A stretch of DNA of 64,000 nucleotides, from positions 456,107-520,106 of the forward strand of contig CASDYC010000001.1 of NCBI GenBank assembly GCA_949285665.1, given 5' to 3'. The position numbers and the translations under genes are program-made. Origin of the DNA: an uncultured bacterium. GTDB lineage: Bacteria > Bacillota_I > Bacilli_A > RFN20 > CAG-826. Positions 47,242-57,959 of this stretch are shown here, one piece after another. The first letter of the stretch is position 1. Every line of letters begins with the position of its first letter. The notes beneath the pieces are model-generated. The model ran no database searches. It was given only the letters and a program-made list of their open reading frames with translations, and was not told the origin of the DNA.

Positions 47242-49869
47242 TTAGTTGCCTTTATATGCTTTACGCATAATTTCTTTCATATCTTCAACCATTGGAATTC
47301 TTGGATTTGCGGTTGTACATTGATCTTCAAATGCAAGATAAGCTAAATCATCTAATGATTCATCCCAAGCTTTTTCATCTTTTACCCAACATGAGAAGTT
47401 TGGATCAACACCACATTCTTTAATTAATGTAGCAACAGCATCTGCAAGTTTATCAACAGCATCATGTAAATCTTTATATTTAATGCCAATTACATCACAT
47501 ATTTCAGCATATTTTTCTGGAGCACAATAATAATTATATTTTGGCCAAGTAGTTAATTTTTGAGGTAAGATTTTACCATTATATCTAATAACATGTGGTA
47601 ATAAAATTGCGTTTGCAAGACCATGTGGAACATGCCATTCACCACCAATTTTATGAGCCATTGAGTGACACATACCTAAGAAAGCATTTGCAAATGCCAT
47701 ACCAGCAATTGTACTAGCATTATGCATTTTTTCTCTTGCTTCTAAATCATGCTTCCCATCTTTTACACATCTTACTAAATATTTAAATACAATTTTAATT
47801 GCTTGTAATGCAAGACCATCCGTATAATCACTTGCTAAAACACTTGTATATGCTTCAATTGCATGAGTTAAAACATCAAGACCAGTCCAAGCTGTTGTTG
47901 CTGGAGGTAAATTTGTTGTAAATTCTGAATCAACAATAGCGATTGTTGGAGTTAAAGAATAATCAGCTAATGGATATTTCTTCATATTAGCTTTATCAGA
48001 AATAACTGCAAATGGAGTTACTTCACTACCAGTGCCAGATGTTGTTGGAATACAAATAAGTTTAGATTTTTTACCTAATTCAGGATATTTAATAGCTCTT
48101 TTTCTAATGTCCATGAATTTTTGTTTTAAATCATCAAAATTAACTTCTGGATGTTCATAGAATAACCACATACCTTTTGCAGCATCCATACAGCTACCAC
48201 CACCTAAAGCAATAATTGTATCTGGTTGGAAGGATTGCATTAAAGCTACACCTCTTTTAACTGTTGAAATATCTGGATCTGGTTCGACATCACAGAATAA
48301 AGCTGTTGTGACTTTATTTCTTCTTAAATTTAATTGTTCAGTAATTTTATTTAAGAAACCAAGTTCAACCATTGAACCATCTGTTACGATACAAACTCTA
48401 TTTACATTTCTACAAGTTCTTAAATATTCAATTGAGTTTCTTTCAAAATAAATTTTTGAAGGAACTTTAAACCATTGCATTGTATTTCTCCTTTTTCCGA
48501 TTTTTTTGATATTGATTAAATTGATACAACTAATATTTCCTGCAACCGAGTTATGACCATAACTTCCACAACCAAGTGTCATTGAAGGAATAAATGAGTT
48601 GTAGATATTACCAATTCCACCAAATGATGTTGGAGAATTCCAAATGATTCTACAAGCTTCACATCTTTTACCAAATTCATCAGCTAATTCTTGAGATTTT
48701 GTATGAATACATGCACTATGGCCTAAACCATTAAGTTCAACCATTTGTTCACTTAATTTTAAACCTTCTTCATTATCTTTTGCTTTTAAGATAGCTAAAA
48801 CTGGTGATAATTTTTCTCTTGATAATGGTTCTTCATAACCAACCTTTTTAATCTTAACAGCTAAGATAACTGTTTCTTTTGGAACGCTAAATCCGGCTTG
48901 TTCAGCAATCCAAACTGCTGATTTTCCAGCAACTTTAGAATTAAGACTTAATAATTGGCAATCTTTGCTATATGCTTTATTGCCAAACATAAACATTTCT
49001 AATTTTTCTTTTTCTTCTTCGTTTACAAAATAAACGTTATATTTTTTAAATAAATCAACTGCTTCATCGTATACATCTTTATGAATAATTGCAGCTTGTT
49101 CACTTGCACAAACCATACCATTATCAAATGATTTGGACATAACAATGTCATTTACTGCTTGTTTTACGTCTGCGTCTGAAGCAATAAATGCAGGAACGTT
49201 ACCAGCACCAACGCCTAAAGCAGGTTTTCCACAGCTATAAGCTGATTTAACCATTGAGTTTCCACCAGTTGCAAGAATTGTAGCGACACCAGGATGTTTC
49301 ATTAATGCACTTGTTGCAGCCATTGATGGTTTATCAATCCATTGAATACAATTTTTTGGAGCACCATTTGCAACCGCTGCTTCTAAAATAACTTGAGCAG
49401 CCATTTTAGAACATTGTTGTGCATTTGGATGGAAAGAAAAAATAATAGGATTACGTGTTTTTAAAGAAATTAAACACTTAAAAATTACAGTTGAAGTTGG
49501 ATTGGTTACTGGTGTAATACCACAAATAACACCAACTGGATCAGCAATTTCAGTAATTCCAGTAACAGGATTTTCTGAAATTATACCAACTGTTTTCATA
49601 TGTCTCATATGATTAACAACGTATTCACATGCGAATAAATTTTTTGTTGCTTTATCTTCAAAAACTCCTCTTTTTGTTTCTTCAATTGCTGCTCTTGCAA
49701 GTATTCCATGTTTATCAAGTGCAGCACATGAACATTTTGCAACAATCAAATCAACTTGTTCTTGATCTAATTTTAAAAATTCTTCTAATGCTTTTTGTCC
49801 TTTTACAACTAAGTCATTAACCATTGTATCGACTTCAAGTTGTTTTTCATCTTTTTTAATTTCTTCCAT
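47242..49869 (-). CDS. adhE: Bifunctional acetaldehyde-CoA/alcohol dehydrogenase AdhE
   Basis: 875 aa. N-terminal ALDH domain and C-terminal Fe-ADH domain (GGGSCMDAAKGMW and the HSMAHKIGGEWHVPHG His cluster). It starts 4 nt downstream of rex. Confidence 0.85.
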   Translation of the reverse strand: MEEIKKDEKQLEVDTMVNDLVVKGQKALEEFLKLDQEQVDLIVAKCSCAALDKHGILARAAIEETKRGVFEDKATKNLFACEYVVNHMRHMKTVGIISENPVTGITEIADPVGVICGITPVTNPTSTVIFKCLISLKTRNPIIFSFHPNAQQCSKMAAQVILEAAVANGAPKNCIQWIDKPSMAATSALMKHPGVATILATGGNSMVKSAYSCGKPALGVGAGNVPAFIASDADVKQAVNDIVMSKSFDNGMVCASEQAAIIHKDVYDEAVDLFKKYNVYFVNEEEKEKLEMFMFGNKAYSKDCQLLSLNSKVAGKSAVWIAEQAGFSVPKETVILAVKIKKVGYEEPLSREKLSPVLAILKAKDNEEGLKLSEQMVELNGLGHSACIHTKSQELADEFGKRCEACRIIWNSPTSFGGIGNIYNSFIPSMTLGCGSYGHNSVAGNISCINLINIKKIGKRRNTMQWFKVPSKIYFERNSIEYLRTCRNVNRVCIVTDGSMVELGFLNKITEQLNLRRNKVTTALFCDVEPDPDISTVKRGVALMQSFQPDTIIALGGGSCMDAAKGMWLFYEHPEVNFDDLKQKFMDIRKRAIKYPELGKKSKLICIPTTSGTGSEVTPFAVISDKANMKKYPLADYSLTPTIAIVDSEFTTNLPPATTAWTGLDVLTHAIEAYTSVLASDYTDGLALQAIKIVFKYLVRCVKDGKHDLEAREKMHNASTIAGMAFANAFLGMCHSMAHKIGGEWHVPHGLANAILLPHVIRYNGKILPQKLTTWPKYNYYCAPEKYAEICDVIGIKYKDLHDAVDKLADAVATLIKECGVDPNFSCWVKDEKAWDESLDDLAYLAFEDQCTTANPRIPMVEDMKEIMRKAYKGN

Positions 49870-49873
49870 TTTT

Positions 49874-50515
49874 TTACCTCTCTTTTCTTTTTAAAATTAA
49901 TTGATGATATAAATTAGCATAGCTAGATGCCATAGACATGTTTGAAACAACAATATTTGGATTTACATTAATTGCAATTGTCGCAAAATTCCATATCGCT
50001 TCAATTTTTGTTTGATTTAAGATATCAACTACTTCTTGAGCATGATTATTTGGAACTGTTAAAATTGCAACTGAAATGTTATTTTTATCTACATAATCTT
50101 TAAGTTCTTTTAGTGGATAGACATTAATACCATTAATATCTACTTCGTATAATAATGGATTAATATCAAATGCTGCAATAATATTTAAACCATTCTTTTT
50201 AAAGTCATCAAAATTTAACAAAGCTTTTCCAAGATGACCGGCACCAATTAAAACAGCATTTAATTCTTCTTTCACACCAACAATTTTCATTAAGTCATTA
50301 ATTAAAACCGATACTTTTCTTCCAATTCTTGGTAAGCCTTTTTCACTTGAAATAGCCGCTAAATCTTTTTTAACTACTTCAATGTTTAATTTAAGAACAT
50401 TTGCAAACTCACGATTGGAAATATAAGTATTATCATCAAAATTAATGGACCTTAAGTAATCCAAATAAAGCGGGTATCTTTGAACTTGATTCTGAGATAA
50501 TTTGTTCCTTTTCAT
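49874..50515 (-). CDS. rex: Redox-sensing transcriptional repressor Rex
   Basis: N-terminal winged helix (RYPLYLDYL). Rossmann NADH-binding motif IGAGHLGKALL. 213 aa. Confidence 0.8.
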   Translation of the reverse strand: MKRNKLSQNQVQRYPLYLDYLRSINFDDNTYISNREFANVLKLNIEVVKKDLAAISSEKGLPRIGRKVSVLINDLMKIVGVKEELNAVLIGAGHLGKALLNFDDFKKNGLNIIAAFDINPLLYEVDINGINVYPLKELKDYVDKNNISVAILTVPNNHAQEVVDILNQTKIEAIWNFATIAINVNPNIVVSNMSMASSYANLYHQLILKRKER

Positions 50516-50573
50516 AAACTCGGTATTTTTTTACCGATATAATGATACTAAATAATTTCTTATTACTCAATAA

Positions 50574-51467
50574 TTATTTTTTATATATTTTATTATATAT
50601 AAAATCACAATAAATTTTGGCTATATTAACCTTACTAATTTTTTCAATTTCCGTAAAAAAGGCATTAGAATTAACTTCTATCAAAATATATTTTCCGCTT
50701 TTATCCAATACAAAATCAACAGCACAATAATCAAGTTTTAATAATTTACTTGCCTTTGTTGCATCTTTAATAATTTGTTTATTTGGTGTGAAAGTATAAC
50801 CAACACCACCTGCTGCTACATTAGAAACATATGAATTGTTGTTAACCCTTTTCATATAAGCTACAGGTTTTTTATTAATTAAGAAAACTCGATAATCAGT
50901 ACCTTTTGATTCTTGTATAAATTCTTGAAAAATATGAGGAGTATATTTTAATTTTTCTTCGATTAAATTAAAATCATCTAAATTATTAATTAAATAGACT
51001 TGTTTTCCAAGAGAACCAAAGTTTTCCTTAATTAAAAATGGAAAAGTGAATTCTTTTAATATCTTATTTTTAAATTCAATAAATTTACTTTCATTATTAA
51101 AATAATTCAATGGATAAGATATTGTTTTAGGCATCATTATATTATTATTTGACAATTTAATATGCGTTAACATTTTATCATCGCAATCAATTATTGATTT
51201 TGAATTATTAAATAAAATGTATCGTTCTTTTTCTAATAATTCACTAATATATTTATCTTTATCTAAATAAATAATAAAATCATATTTTTTTAATTTATTG
51301 GTAATTTTTCCTTCATTATCTATGTAAATAAAAATATCGATGTTAGAAATAACATCAATTGAAACGTTTACCTCTTTAAATTCTTCAATTAATCGATTAA
51401 TTTGATATATAGTTGAATCTCTTAATATAAAAGCATTTACAATAATTGCACCTAACTTATTTTCCAT
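50574..51467 (-). CDS. ATP-grasp ligase of the RimK-like family (alpha-L-glutamate ligase-like)
   Basis: The C-terminal half (DYRVFLINKKPVAYMKRV..SNVAAGG..KLLKLDYCAVDFVLDKSGKYILIEVNSNA) parallels the RimK ATP-grasp core. Its start overlaps the glf stop by 11 nt. Confidence 0.6.
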   Translation of the reverse strand: MENKLGAIIVNAFILRDSTIYQINRLIEEFKEVNVSIDVISNIDIFIYIDNEGKITNKLKKYDFIIYLDKDKYISELLEKERYILFNNSKSIIDCDDKMLTHIKLSNNNIMMPKTISYPLNYFNNESKFIEFKNKILKEFTFPFLIKENFGSLGKQVYLINNLDDFNLIEEKLKYTPHIFQEFIQESKGTDYRVFLINKKPVAYMKRVNNNSYVSNVAAGGVGYTFTPNKQIIKDATKASKLLKLDYCAVDFVLDKSGKYILIEVNSNAFFTEIEKISKVNIAKIYCDFIYNKIYKK

Positions 51468-52584
51468 TTTTTACGTTCATTAATTTATTAAAATCATCAA
51501 AAGCCTGTTTAATTGTATCATCCATATCAAAATATTTATAGTTACCTAATCTTCCTCCAAATAAAATATTTTTTTCAGCTTCTGCTTTTTCTTTATATTT
51601 ATTATATAAATTGTTATTTTTATCATCATTTACTGCGTAATATCTTTCTTCACCAATTTTATATGAATTAGGATATTCTTTTGAAATAATTGTAAATGGT
51701 AAATTTAAAACATCTTCGTTTTCAATTTGAAAAAATTTATGTTCTATAATTCTTGTATAAGGTATATCAAATTCTGTGTAATTTACAACAGCATTATTTT
51801 GATATGCTTGCTTATTAATTCTTTCGGTTTTAAATTTTAAACTTCGATATTCTAATTCGCCAAAACAGTAATTATAATACTCATCAATTGGTCCGCTATA
51901 TATAATAAACTTTGCAATTCTTGAATATTTTCCCTTATTTTTTAAAAAATCTTCATTTAAAACCACTTCAATTCCGTCGAGCATTCTTTCAATAATTTTT
52001 GTATACCCATCAATTGGAATTCCTTGATATTTATCATTAAAATAATTGTTATCATATTCAAATCTTAAAGGTATTCTTTTAATAATAAAACTAGGCAAAT
52101 CTTTAGCGCTTTTACCCCATTGTTTTTCAGTATAACCTTTAATTAATGTTTCATAAATATCTCTTCCAACCAATGATAAAGCTTGATCTTCCAAATTTTT
52201 AATTTCTTTAATATTTTCTTTTTTAACTTGTTCTTCTATTTTTTCTTTTGCTTCTTGAGGTGTTTTAACTCCCCACATCTGATTAAAAGTGTTCATATTA
52301 AAAGGCATATTAAAATATTTGCCTTTATAATAAGCAAGTGGTGAATTTATAAAATTATTAAATTTAGAAAATTTATTAACAAAATTCCAAACATCTTCAT
52401 AACTTGTATGAAAAATATGGGCACCATAGACATGAACATTAATTCCATCAACATTTTTTGTATAAATATTCCCAGCTATATGATCTCTTTTTTCAATAAC
52501 TAAAACTTTAAACCCTTTATTTTTTAAAAGATAAGCTAAAGTTGCGCCATAAAGACCACTTCCAATAATTAAATAATCATACAT
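51457..52584 (-). CDS. glf: UDP-galactopyranose mutase
   Basis: N-terminal FAD fold YDYLIIGSGLYGATLA and the NIYT pattern. 375 aa, typical Glf length. Confidence 0.8.
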   Translation of the reverse strand: MYDYLIIGSGLYGATLAYLLKNKGFKVLVIEKRDHIAGNIYTKNVDGINVHVYGAHIFHTSYEDVWNFVNKFSKFNNFINSPLAYYKGKYFNMPFNMNTFNQMWGVKTPQEAKEKIEEQVKKENIKEIKNLEDQALSLVGRDIYETLIKGYTEKQWGKSAKDLPSFIIKRIPLRFEYDNNYFNDKYQGIPIDGYTKIIERMLDGIEVVLNEDFLKNKGKYSRIAKFIIYSGPIDEYYNYCFGELEYRSLKFKTERINKQAYQNNAVVNYTEFDIPYTRIIEHKFFQIENEDVLNLPFTIISKEYPNSYKIGEERYYAVNDDKNNNLYNKYKEKAEAEKNILFGGRLGNYKYFDMDDTIKQAFDDFNKLMNVKNGK

Positions 52585-52585
52585 A

Positions 52586-53134
52586 TTAGTTTTTTCCTTT
52601 ATTTTCTAAATATAATTTATATAAAGATAAACCTACTAAAAATTTAGAATCTTTAATTAAACCTTTTTTGTAATATTCATTTATTTCATCAAAAGTTAAA
52701 TAGATTAAAGAAATATTTTCATTTTCATCTAAATTTTGTTTATCTAAATCAAAACTATCAGTAAAATAAACAAAAATTTCTTCACTAGAATTACCAGCGC
52801 TTGGATAAAAGCTACCTAAAAATGTCATATTTTTACTTACTAATCCAGTTTCTTCATGTAATTCTCTAATTGCTGCAGTTTTTGGATCTTCGCCAGCATC
52901 AATTTTTCCAGCTGGAATTTCTATAATACTGGATTTAACAGCATATCGATATTGTTTAACAAATAAAACTTTATTATCTTTAATAACTAAAATACATGAT
53001 GCATTATGAGGTTTTATATATTCTCTTTTTGTCTTGTGATTATTAAAAGTTACTAAAACATCATCTGAATATAAATCTAATATCTTCCCATTATAAACAA
53101 TATTTTCTTTAATAGTGATTTCTTTATTTTCCAT
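52586..53134 (-). CDS. NUDIX hydrolase
   Basis: Nudix box GKIDAGEDPKTAAIRELHEETGL. It lies 1 nt upstream of glf. Confidence 0.7.
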   Translation of the reverse strand: MENKEITIKENIVYNGKILDLYSDDVLVTFNNHKTKREYIKPHNASCILVIKDNKVLFVKQYRYAVKSSIIEIPAGKIDAGEDPKTAAIRELHEETGLVSKNMTFLGSFYPSAGNSSEEIFVYFTDSFDLDKQNLDENENISLIYLTFDEINEYYKKGLIKDSKFLVGLSLYKLYLENKGKN

Positions 53135-53160
53135 AAATTAAATCCCTTTATATTATTAAA

Positions 53161-53772
53161 TTAGTGAATGAAATTTGTTTGATGACCACTTTCAAGTTTT
53201 ATATCATCTCTTTTTAATAAATATTTAGCCATATTTCTTGCTAAATTTCTCATTGTTTGTAAACCTTCTTCATCTTTTTCAACATCTTCTTTTTTCATAC
53301 CATGAACCATATTCAAATAAGATGAAGAAATTATAGGCATATTTGTAATTCCGAAATATTTATAAAGAACATCTAAACTAGCGCTTGTTCCAGCTCTTCT
53401 TGCTGAAACAACAACTGCTCCTGGTTTTCCTTCAAATAATTTTTTATCACTAGAACAAAATACTCTATCTAAAAAACTTAAAATTCTTCCACTTGGATGA
53501 GCATAATAAACAGGGGAGCCAAAAACTAAAGCATCGCTTTGTTTTATTTTTGATATGAAATCATTAACCCCATCATTATCAATTTTTGAAAATATACAAC
53601 CTTCAGAAGTACATTTATTGCAGCCAATACAATCTCTTATTGGTTTATTTGTGATTTGAAAAATTTCAAAATCAATACCAAATTCATTTTTTAATGTATT
53701 TCCAACTTCAATTAATGCTCTATTTGTACATCCATCAGGATTTGCAGATCCATTTAACATTAATACTTTCAT
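53161..53772 (-). CDS. Flavodoxin-fold NADPH-dependent FMN reductase-like protein with a compact Cys cluster (iron-sulfur flavoprotein, Isf-like)
   Basis: MKVLMLNGSANPDGCT is a flavodoxin-like fold. CIGCNKCTSEGC gives a CxxCxxCxxxxC spacing, as in Isf [4Fe-4S] sites. Confidence 0.5.
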   Translation of the reverse strand: MKVLMLNGSANPDGCTNRALIEVGNTLKNEFGIDFEIFQITNKPIRDCIGCNKCTSEGCIFSKIDNDGVNDFISKIKQSDALVFGSPVYYAHPSGRILSFLDRVFCSSDKKLFEGKPGAVVVSARRAGTSASLDVLYKYFGITNMPIISSSYLNMVHGMKKEDVEKDEEGLQTMRNLARNMAKYLLKRDDIKLESGHQTNFIH

Positions 53773-54233
53773 TTCAAAACTCCTTTTTCTAATTTAAGTA
53801 ATTTATTTTTTGTATTTTCTCCTAATACATAATTTGAAATTTTACCATTTGATTTTATAATTCTATGGCAAGGAATAAAAAATAAAACATCATTTTTACT
53901 TAAAATATTCCCAACAAATCTCGCATATTTTTTATTATTGAAACATTTTTTTGCTAATTCTTGATATGATTTAGTTTCTCCATAAGGAATCATTAAAACT
54001 TCCTTATAAACTAATTGTTGATATTTATTAAAATGAGATAGATCAATTAAGACATCAAATGTTTTTCTTTTTAAATTAAAATATTCATCTAATTGCTTGA
54101 TGTAATTTTCTTCAATTTTTTTGTTATCAGAAATTTTGTTCATATTATTTTTGTCACATAAAGAACAATAATATAATTCATTTTTATTATTTACCAATAA
54201 TAAAATATCACCAAAAATTGACTTATATATCAT
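53769..54233 (-). CDS. ogt: Methylated-DNA--protein-cysteine methyltransferase
   Basis: Active-site motif IPCHRII and a helix-turn-helix. 154 aa. Its stop overlaps the Isf-like start (ATGA). Confidence 0.75.
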   Translation of the reverse strand: MIYKSIFGDILLLVNNKNELYYCSLCDKNNMNKISDNKKIEENYIKQLDEYFNLKRKTFDVLIDLSHFNKYQQLVYKEVLMIPYGETKSYQELAKKCFNNKKYARFVGNILSKNDVLFFIPCHRIIKSNGKISNYVLGENTKNKLLKLEKGVLK

Positions 54234-54272
54234 AAAACGCTGTAATTCTTTAATATTTTATCTATTTATGAT

Positions 54273-54299
54273 AAAGGCCCCATATTAAATGGAGCCTTT
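54273..54299 (-). terminator. Probable terminator downstream of PFOR
   Basis: aaaggcccca-tattaaa-tggagccttt is an imperfect hairpin 12 nt after the PFOR stop. Confidence 0.45.
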
Positions 54300-54311
54300 A
54301 CACACATCAAA

Positions 54312-57300
54312 TTATAAACCGAATTTTTTAATTCTTTCGTATCTTTCTTTTGCAGTTCTTTCACATTTTTCGAGTAATTCTTCTGCGTGTTCAGGATTAA
54401 CTTTTGGAAGTTGTGAGAATCTTGATTCTTTCATAACGAATTCTCTAATCTTTGTGAAGTCAGGTTCCTTACTATCTAATGTTAAGCAAGGTTTTCCTAA
54501 TTCTGCATTTCTTGGATCAAATCTAAAGATTGGGAAATATCCAGATTCAACTGCTTCTCTTTCAACTTGCATTGAATTAGATAAACCACCTTTAATACCA
54601 TGGTTAGCACATGGTGAATAACAAATAATTAAACTTGGTCCATCATAACTTTCAGCTTCTTTCATAGCTTTAATAGCTGCCATTGGATTTGCTCCAAGTG
54701 CAATTTGAGCAACATAGACATTTCCATATGCCATTGCCATTAATGCTAGATTTTTCTTACTTGTTGTTTTACCACTTGCAGTAAATTTAGCAATTGAACC
54801 AGTTTGACTTGATTTAGAAGATTGACCGCCAGTATTAGAATAAACTTCTGTATCTAATACTAAGACATTAATATCATCTTCACTTGCAAGAACATGATCA
54901 AGACCGCCGTAGCCAATATCATAAGCCCAGCCATCTCCACCAATAACCCAGACTGACTTGTCAATTAAATCTTTTTCAAATTTTAAGACTTCTTTAACTT
55001 CTTGATCTTTTGAAGCTTTAACTAATGAAACTAAATTACTAACAAGTCCTCTAACTACATCTTTATTTTTAATATTTTCAAGATATTTATTAATAACTTG
55101 TTTTAATTCATCTTCAACATCATCTTTATTTAAAGCTGCAGATAAAATTTTAACAATTTGAGATAATTTATAATTTGTTGCAACTCTCATACCATAGCCG
55201 AATTCTGCATTATCTTCAAATAATGAGTTAGACCATGCAATACCATTTTTATCTTTATCATTTACAAATGGAGTAAGTGGAGTTGAACCACTATAAATTG
55301 AGGAACAACCAGTTGCATTTGCAACCATCATATCTTTACCAAATAATTGTGACAATAATCTATAATAAGGAGTTTCACCACAGCCAGCACATGCACCAGA
55401 AACTTCCATATATGGCATTAAGAATCCAACACCTTTGACCATTGTAAGTGGGAATTTATCACTCTTATAAGATACATGTTTATATAAGTAATCTGCACCT
55501 TCTTCTTGATCAAATTGTGATTTAGCTTCTTCCATTGTAAGAGCCATTTTACCATTTCCAGATTTTAATGCAGCTTTATTAGCCATACATTCATTTACAC
55601 ATAAACCACAGCCAACACAGTTTCTAGCAGAAACTTGAATTCTGAATTTTAATCCAGCAACATTTGGTCCACCTTTTGCATCGACTACATCATTTTTGAC
55701 AACGTCAGGAGCCTTTGCCAATTCTTTTTCATCAATTAAGAATGGTCTAATTGTTGCATGTGGACAAACAAATGCACATTGGTTACATTGAATACAGTTT
55801 TCTTTATGCCACATTGGAACTCTATCAGCGATACTACGTTTTTCTTTAAATGTAATATCTTCTTCCATTGTGCCATCTAATAATTCAAATTCTCTAAATT
55901 TAGAAACAGGTAAATTATCTCCATCAAGAGAGCCAATTGGAGTAACATATGAATCAAAATAATCATCACCAATTAAATGTACTTCTCTAAGTGGTGGAAG
56001 TTTTGCCCATTCTGGATCGACTTTAACTTCTCTTAAACCTTCGGTACCTCTATCGATTGCTTTAAAGTTACTAGCAACGACTTCTGGTCCTTTTTTAGCA
56101 TATGTTTTTTCAGCAAATTTTTTCATCCATTTATTTGCTTCTTCATATGGCATAATATTTTGATTTAAGTAGAAGAAACTAGATTGAAGAATTGTATTTG
56201 TATGTCTTCCCATACCAGTTTCTTGAGCGATTTTATTAGCATCAATTACAAAGAATTTAGCATGTTTTGTAGCTAATTGATATTTAACTCTATTTGGAAG
56301 AGTTTCAATAAGTGTCTTATCATCCATATCTGTATTTAATAAGAATGTTCCACCATCTTCCAAATTCTTTAACATATCAAATTTAAATAAATAAGTATCT
56401 AAACTACAAGAAATAAAGCTTGCATGTTCAACATAATATGTTGATCTAATCGGAGTTTTACCAAATCTTAAGTGAGATCTTGTAACACCACCAGCTTTTC
56501 TTGAGTCATATGCAAAATATGCTTGAGCATATTGTCCAGTTTCATCACCAATAATTTTAATACTTGATTTATTAGCACTAACTGTACCATCACTACCTAA
56601 ACCATAGAATAAGCATGATGTATAATCACCTTTAACATGATAATTTTCATCAACTGGAATTGATAAATGAGTTACATCATCATTAATACCAACTGTGAAA
56701 TTATGATGTGGATTGTGATCTAAGAAATCAAATACACTCTTAATATGTTTTGGTTGAGTATCTTTACTTGAAAGACCATATCTTCCACCAAATACTTCAA
56801 TATCTTTTAAGCCTTCTTTATTTAATGCAGCAACTACATCTAAATATAAAGGTTCTCCAAGAGCACCAGATTCTTTTGTTCTATCTAAAACAGCAATTTT
56901 CTTAACTGTTTTTGGTAATTTCATTACTAAATGTTTACTTGAAAATGGTCTAAATAAGTGAACTTTAATTAAACCAACTTTTTCACCTTTAGCAAGTAAA
57001 TCATCGATTACTTCTTTTGTAGTTTCAGTAACACTACCCATTGCAACGATAACTTTTTCAGCATCTTTTGCACCATAATATGTAAATGGAGCATATTCTC
57101 TCCCGGTTAATTCGCTTGCTTTTTTAAAGTAGTAATCAGCAATATCAACTACTTTATCAAATTCTTTATTTTGAGCTTCTCTTGCTTGGAAATAAATATC
57201 ATCATTTTCAGCACCACCTCTTGTGACTGCATGTCCATGAGGATTTAAAGCTCTTGCTCTAAATTCATCTAATTTTTCTTGATTGATTAATTTTTTCCAT

Positions 57301-57878
57301 TCTTCTGGATCAACAAATTCAACATTTTGAATTTCATGAGATGTTCTAAATCCATCAAAGAAATGGCAAACTGGAATTGAAGAATCAATTGCAAGTAAAT
57401 GAGCAACACTTGCTAAATCAGCAACTTCTTGAACACTATGTGAACAAATCATTGTTACACCAGTTTGTCTAATTGCATAAACATCTTGATGATCTCCAAA
57501 AATTGAAAGTGCACGTGTTGCTAAACTTCTAGCAGAAACGTGTAAAACAGCTGGTAATAATTCACCAACCCATTTATAAATATTAGGAATCATCAATAAT
57601 AAGCCTTGAGAGGCTGTGTAAGTAGTTGCTAAAGCACCAGCTTGAAGAGCACCGTGAACTGTACCACTTGCGCCACCTTCTGATTGCATTTCGACAACTT
57701 TAACAGTATTTCCAAAAAAATTTAATTTACCTTGGCTTGCATAAACATCAACTAATTCAGCCATTGGTGATGATGGAGTAATAGGAAAGATTCCAGCTAC
57801 TTCAGTAAACATATAAGATGTTAAAGCTGCAGCAGTATTTCCATCACAAGATAATTTTGTCTTTTTAACTTCTGACAT
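54312..57878 (-). CDS. nifJ: Pyruvate:ferredoxin (flavodoxin) oxidoreductase, single-chain
   Basis: 1188 aa. Two ferredoxin motifs (CIQCNQCAFVCP and CVGCGLCVNEC) and the TPP-binding region GGDGWAYDIGYGGLDHV. RBS AAGGAG. Confidence 0.9.
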   Translation of the reverse strand: MSEVKKTKLSCDGNTAAALTSYMFTEVAGIFPITPSSPMAELVDVYASQGKLNFFGNTVKVVEMQSEGGASGTVHGALQAGALATTYTASQGLLLMIPNIYKWVGELLPAVLHVSARSLATRALSIFGDHQDVYAIRQTGVTMICSHSVQEVADLASVAHLLAIDSSIPVCHFFDGFRTSHEIQNVEFVDPEEWKKLINQEKLDEFRARALNPHGHAVTRGGAENDDIYFQAREAQNKEFDKVVDIADYYFKKASELTGREYAPFTYYGAKDAEKVIVAMGSVTETTKEVIDDLLAKGEKVGLIKVHLFRPFSSKHLVMKLPKTVKKIAVLDRTKESGALGEPLYLDVVAALNKEGLKDIEVFGGRYGLSSKDTQPKHIKSVFDFLDHNPHHNFTVGINDDVTHLSIPVDENYHVKGDYTSCLFYGLGSDGTVSANKSSIKIIGDETGQYAQAYFAYDSRKAGGVTRSHLRFGKTPIRSTYYVEHASFISCSLDTYLFKFDMLKNLEDGGTFLLNTDMDDKTLIETLPNRVKYQLATKHAKFFVIDANKIAQETGMGRHTNTILQSSFFYLNQNIMPYEEANKWMKKFAEKTYAKKGPEVVASNFKAIDRGTEGLREVKVDPEWAKLPPLREVHLIGDDYFDSYVTPIGSLDGDNLPVSKFREFELLDGTMEEDITFKEKRSIADRVPMWHKENCIQCNQCAFVCPHATIRPFLIDEKELAKAPDVVKNDVVDAKGGPNVAGLKFRIQVSARNCVGCGLCVNECMANKAALKSGNGKMALTMEEAKSQFDQEEGADYLYKHVSYKSDKFPLTMVKGVGFLMPYMEVSGACAGCGETPYYRLLSQLFGKDMMVANATGCSSIYSGSTPLTPFVNDKDKNGIAWSNSLFEDNAEFGYGMRVATNYKLSQIVKILSAALNKDDVEDELKQVINKYLENIKNKDVVRGLVSNLVSLVKASKDQEVKEVLKFEKDLIDKSVWVIGGDGWAYDIGYGGLDHVLASEDDINVLVLDTEVYSNTGGQSSKSSQTGSIAKFTASGKTTSKKNLALMAMAYGNVYVAQIALGANPMAAIKAMKEAESYDGPSLIICYSPCANHGIKGGLSNSMQVEREAVESGYFPIFRFDPRNAELGKPCLTLDSKEPDFTKIREFVMKESRFSQLPKVNPEHAEELLEKCERTAKERYERIKKFGL

Positions 57879-57959
57879 TTTAAATCTCCTTAATATCTCT
57901 AATATTATAAAATATTTATATATTTTATCAATAATACCAAGGAGAGTTTCTTAAAATTT

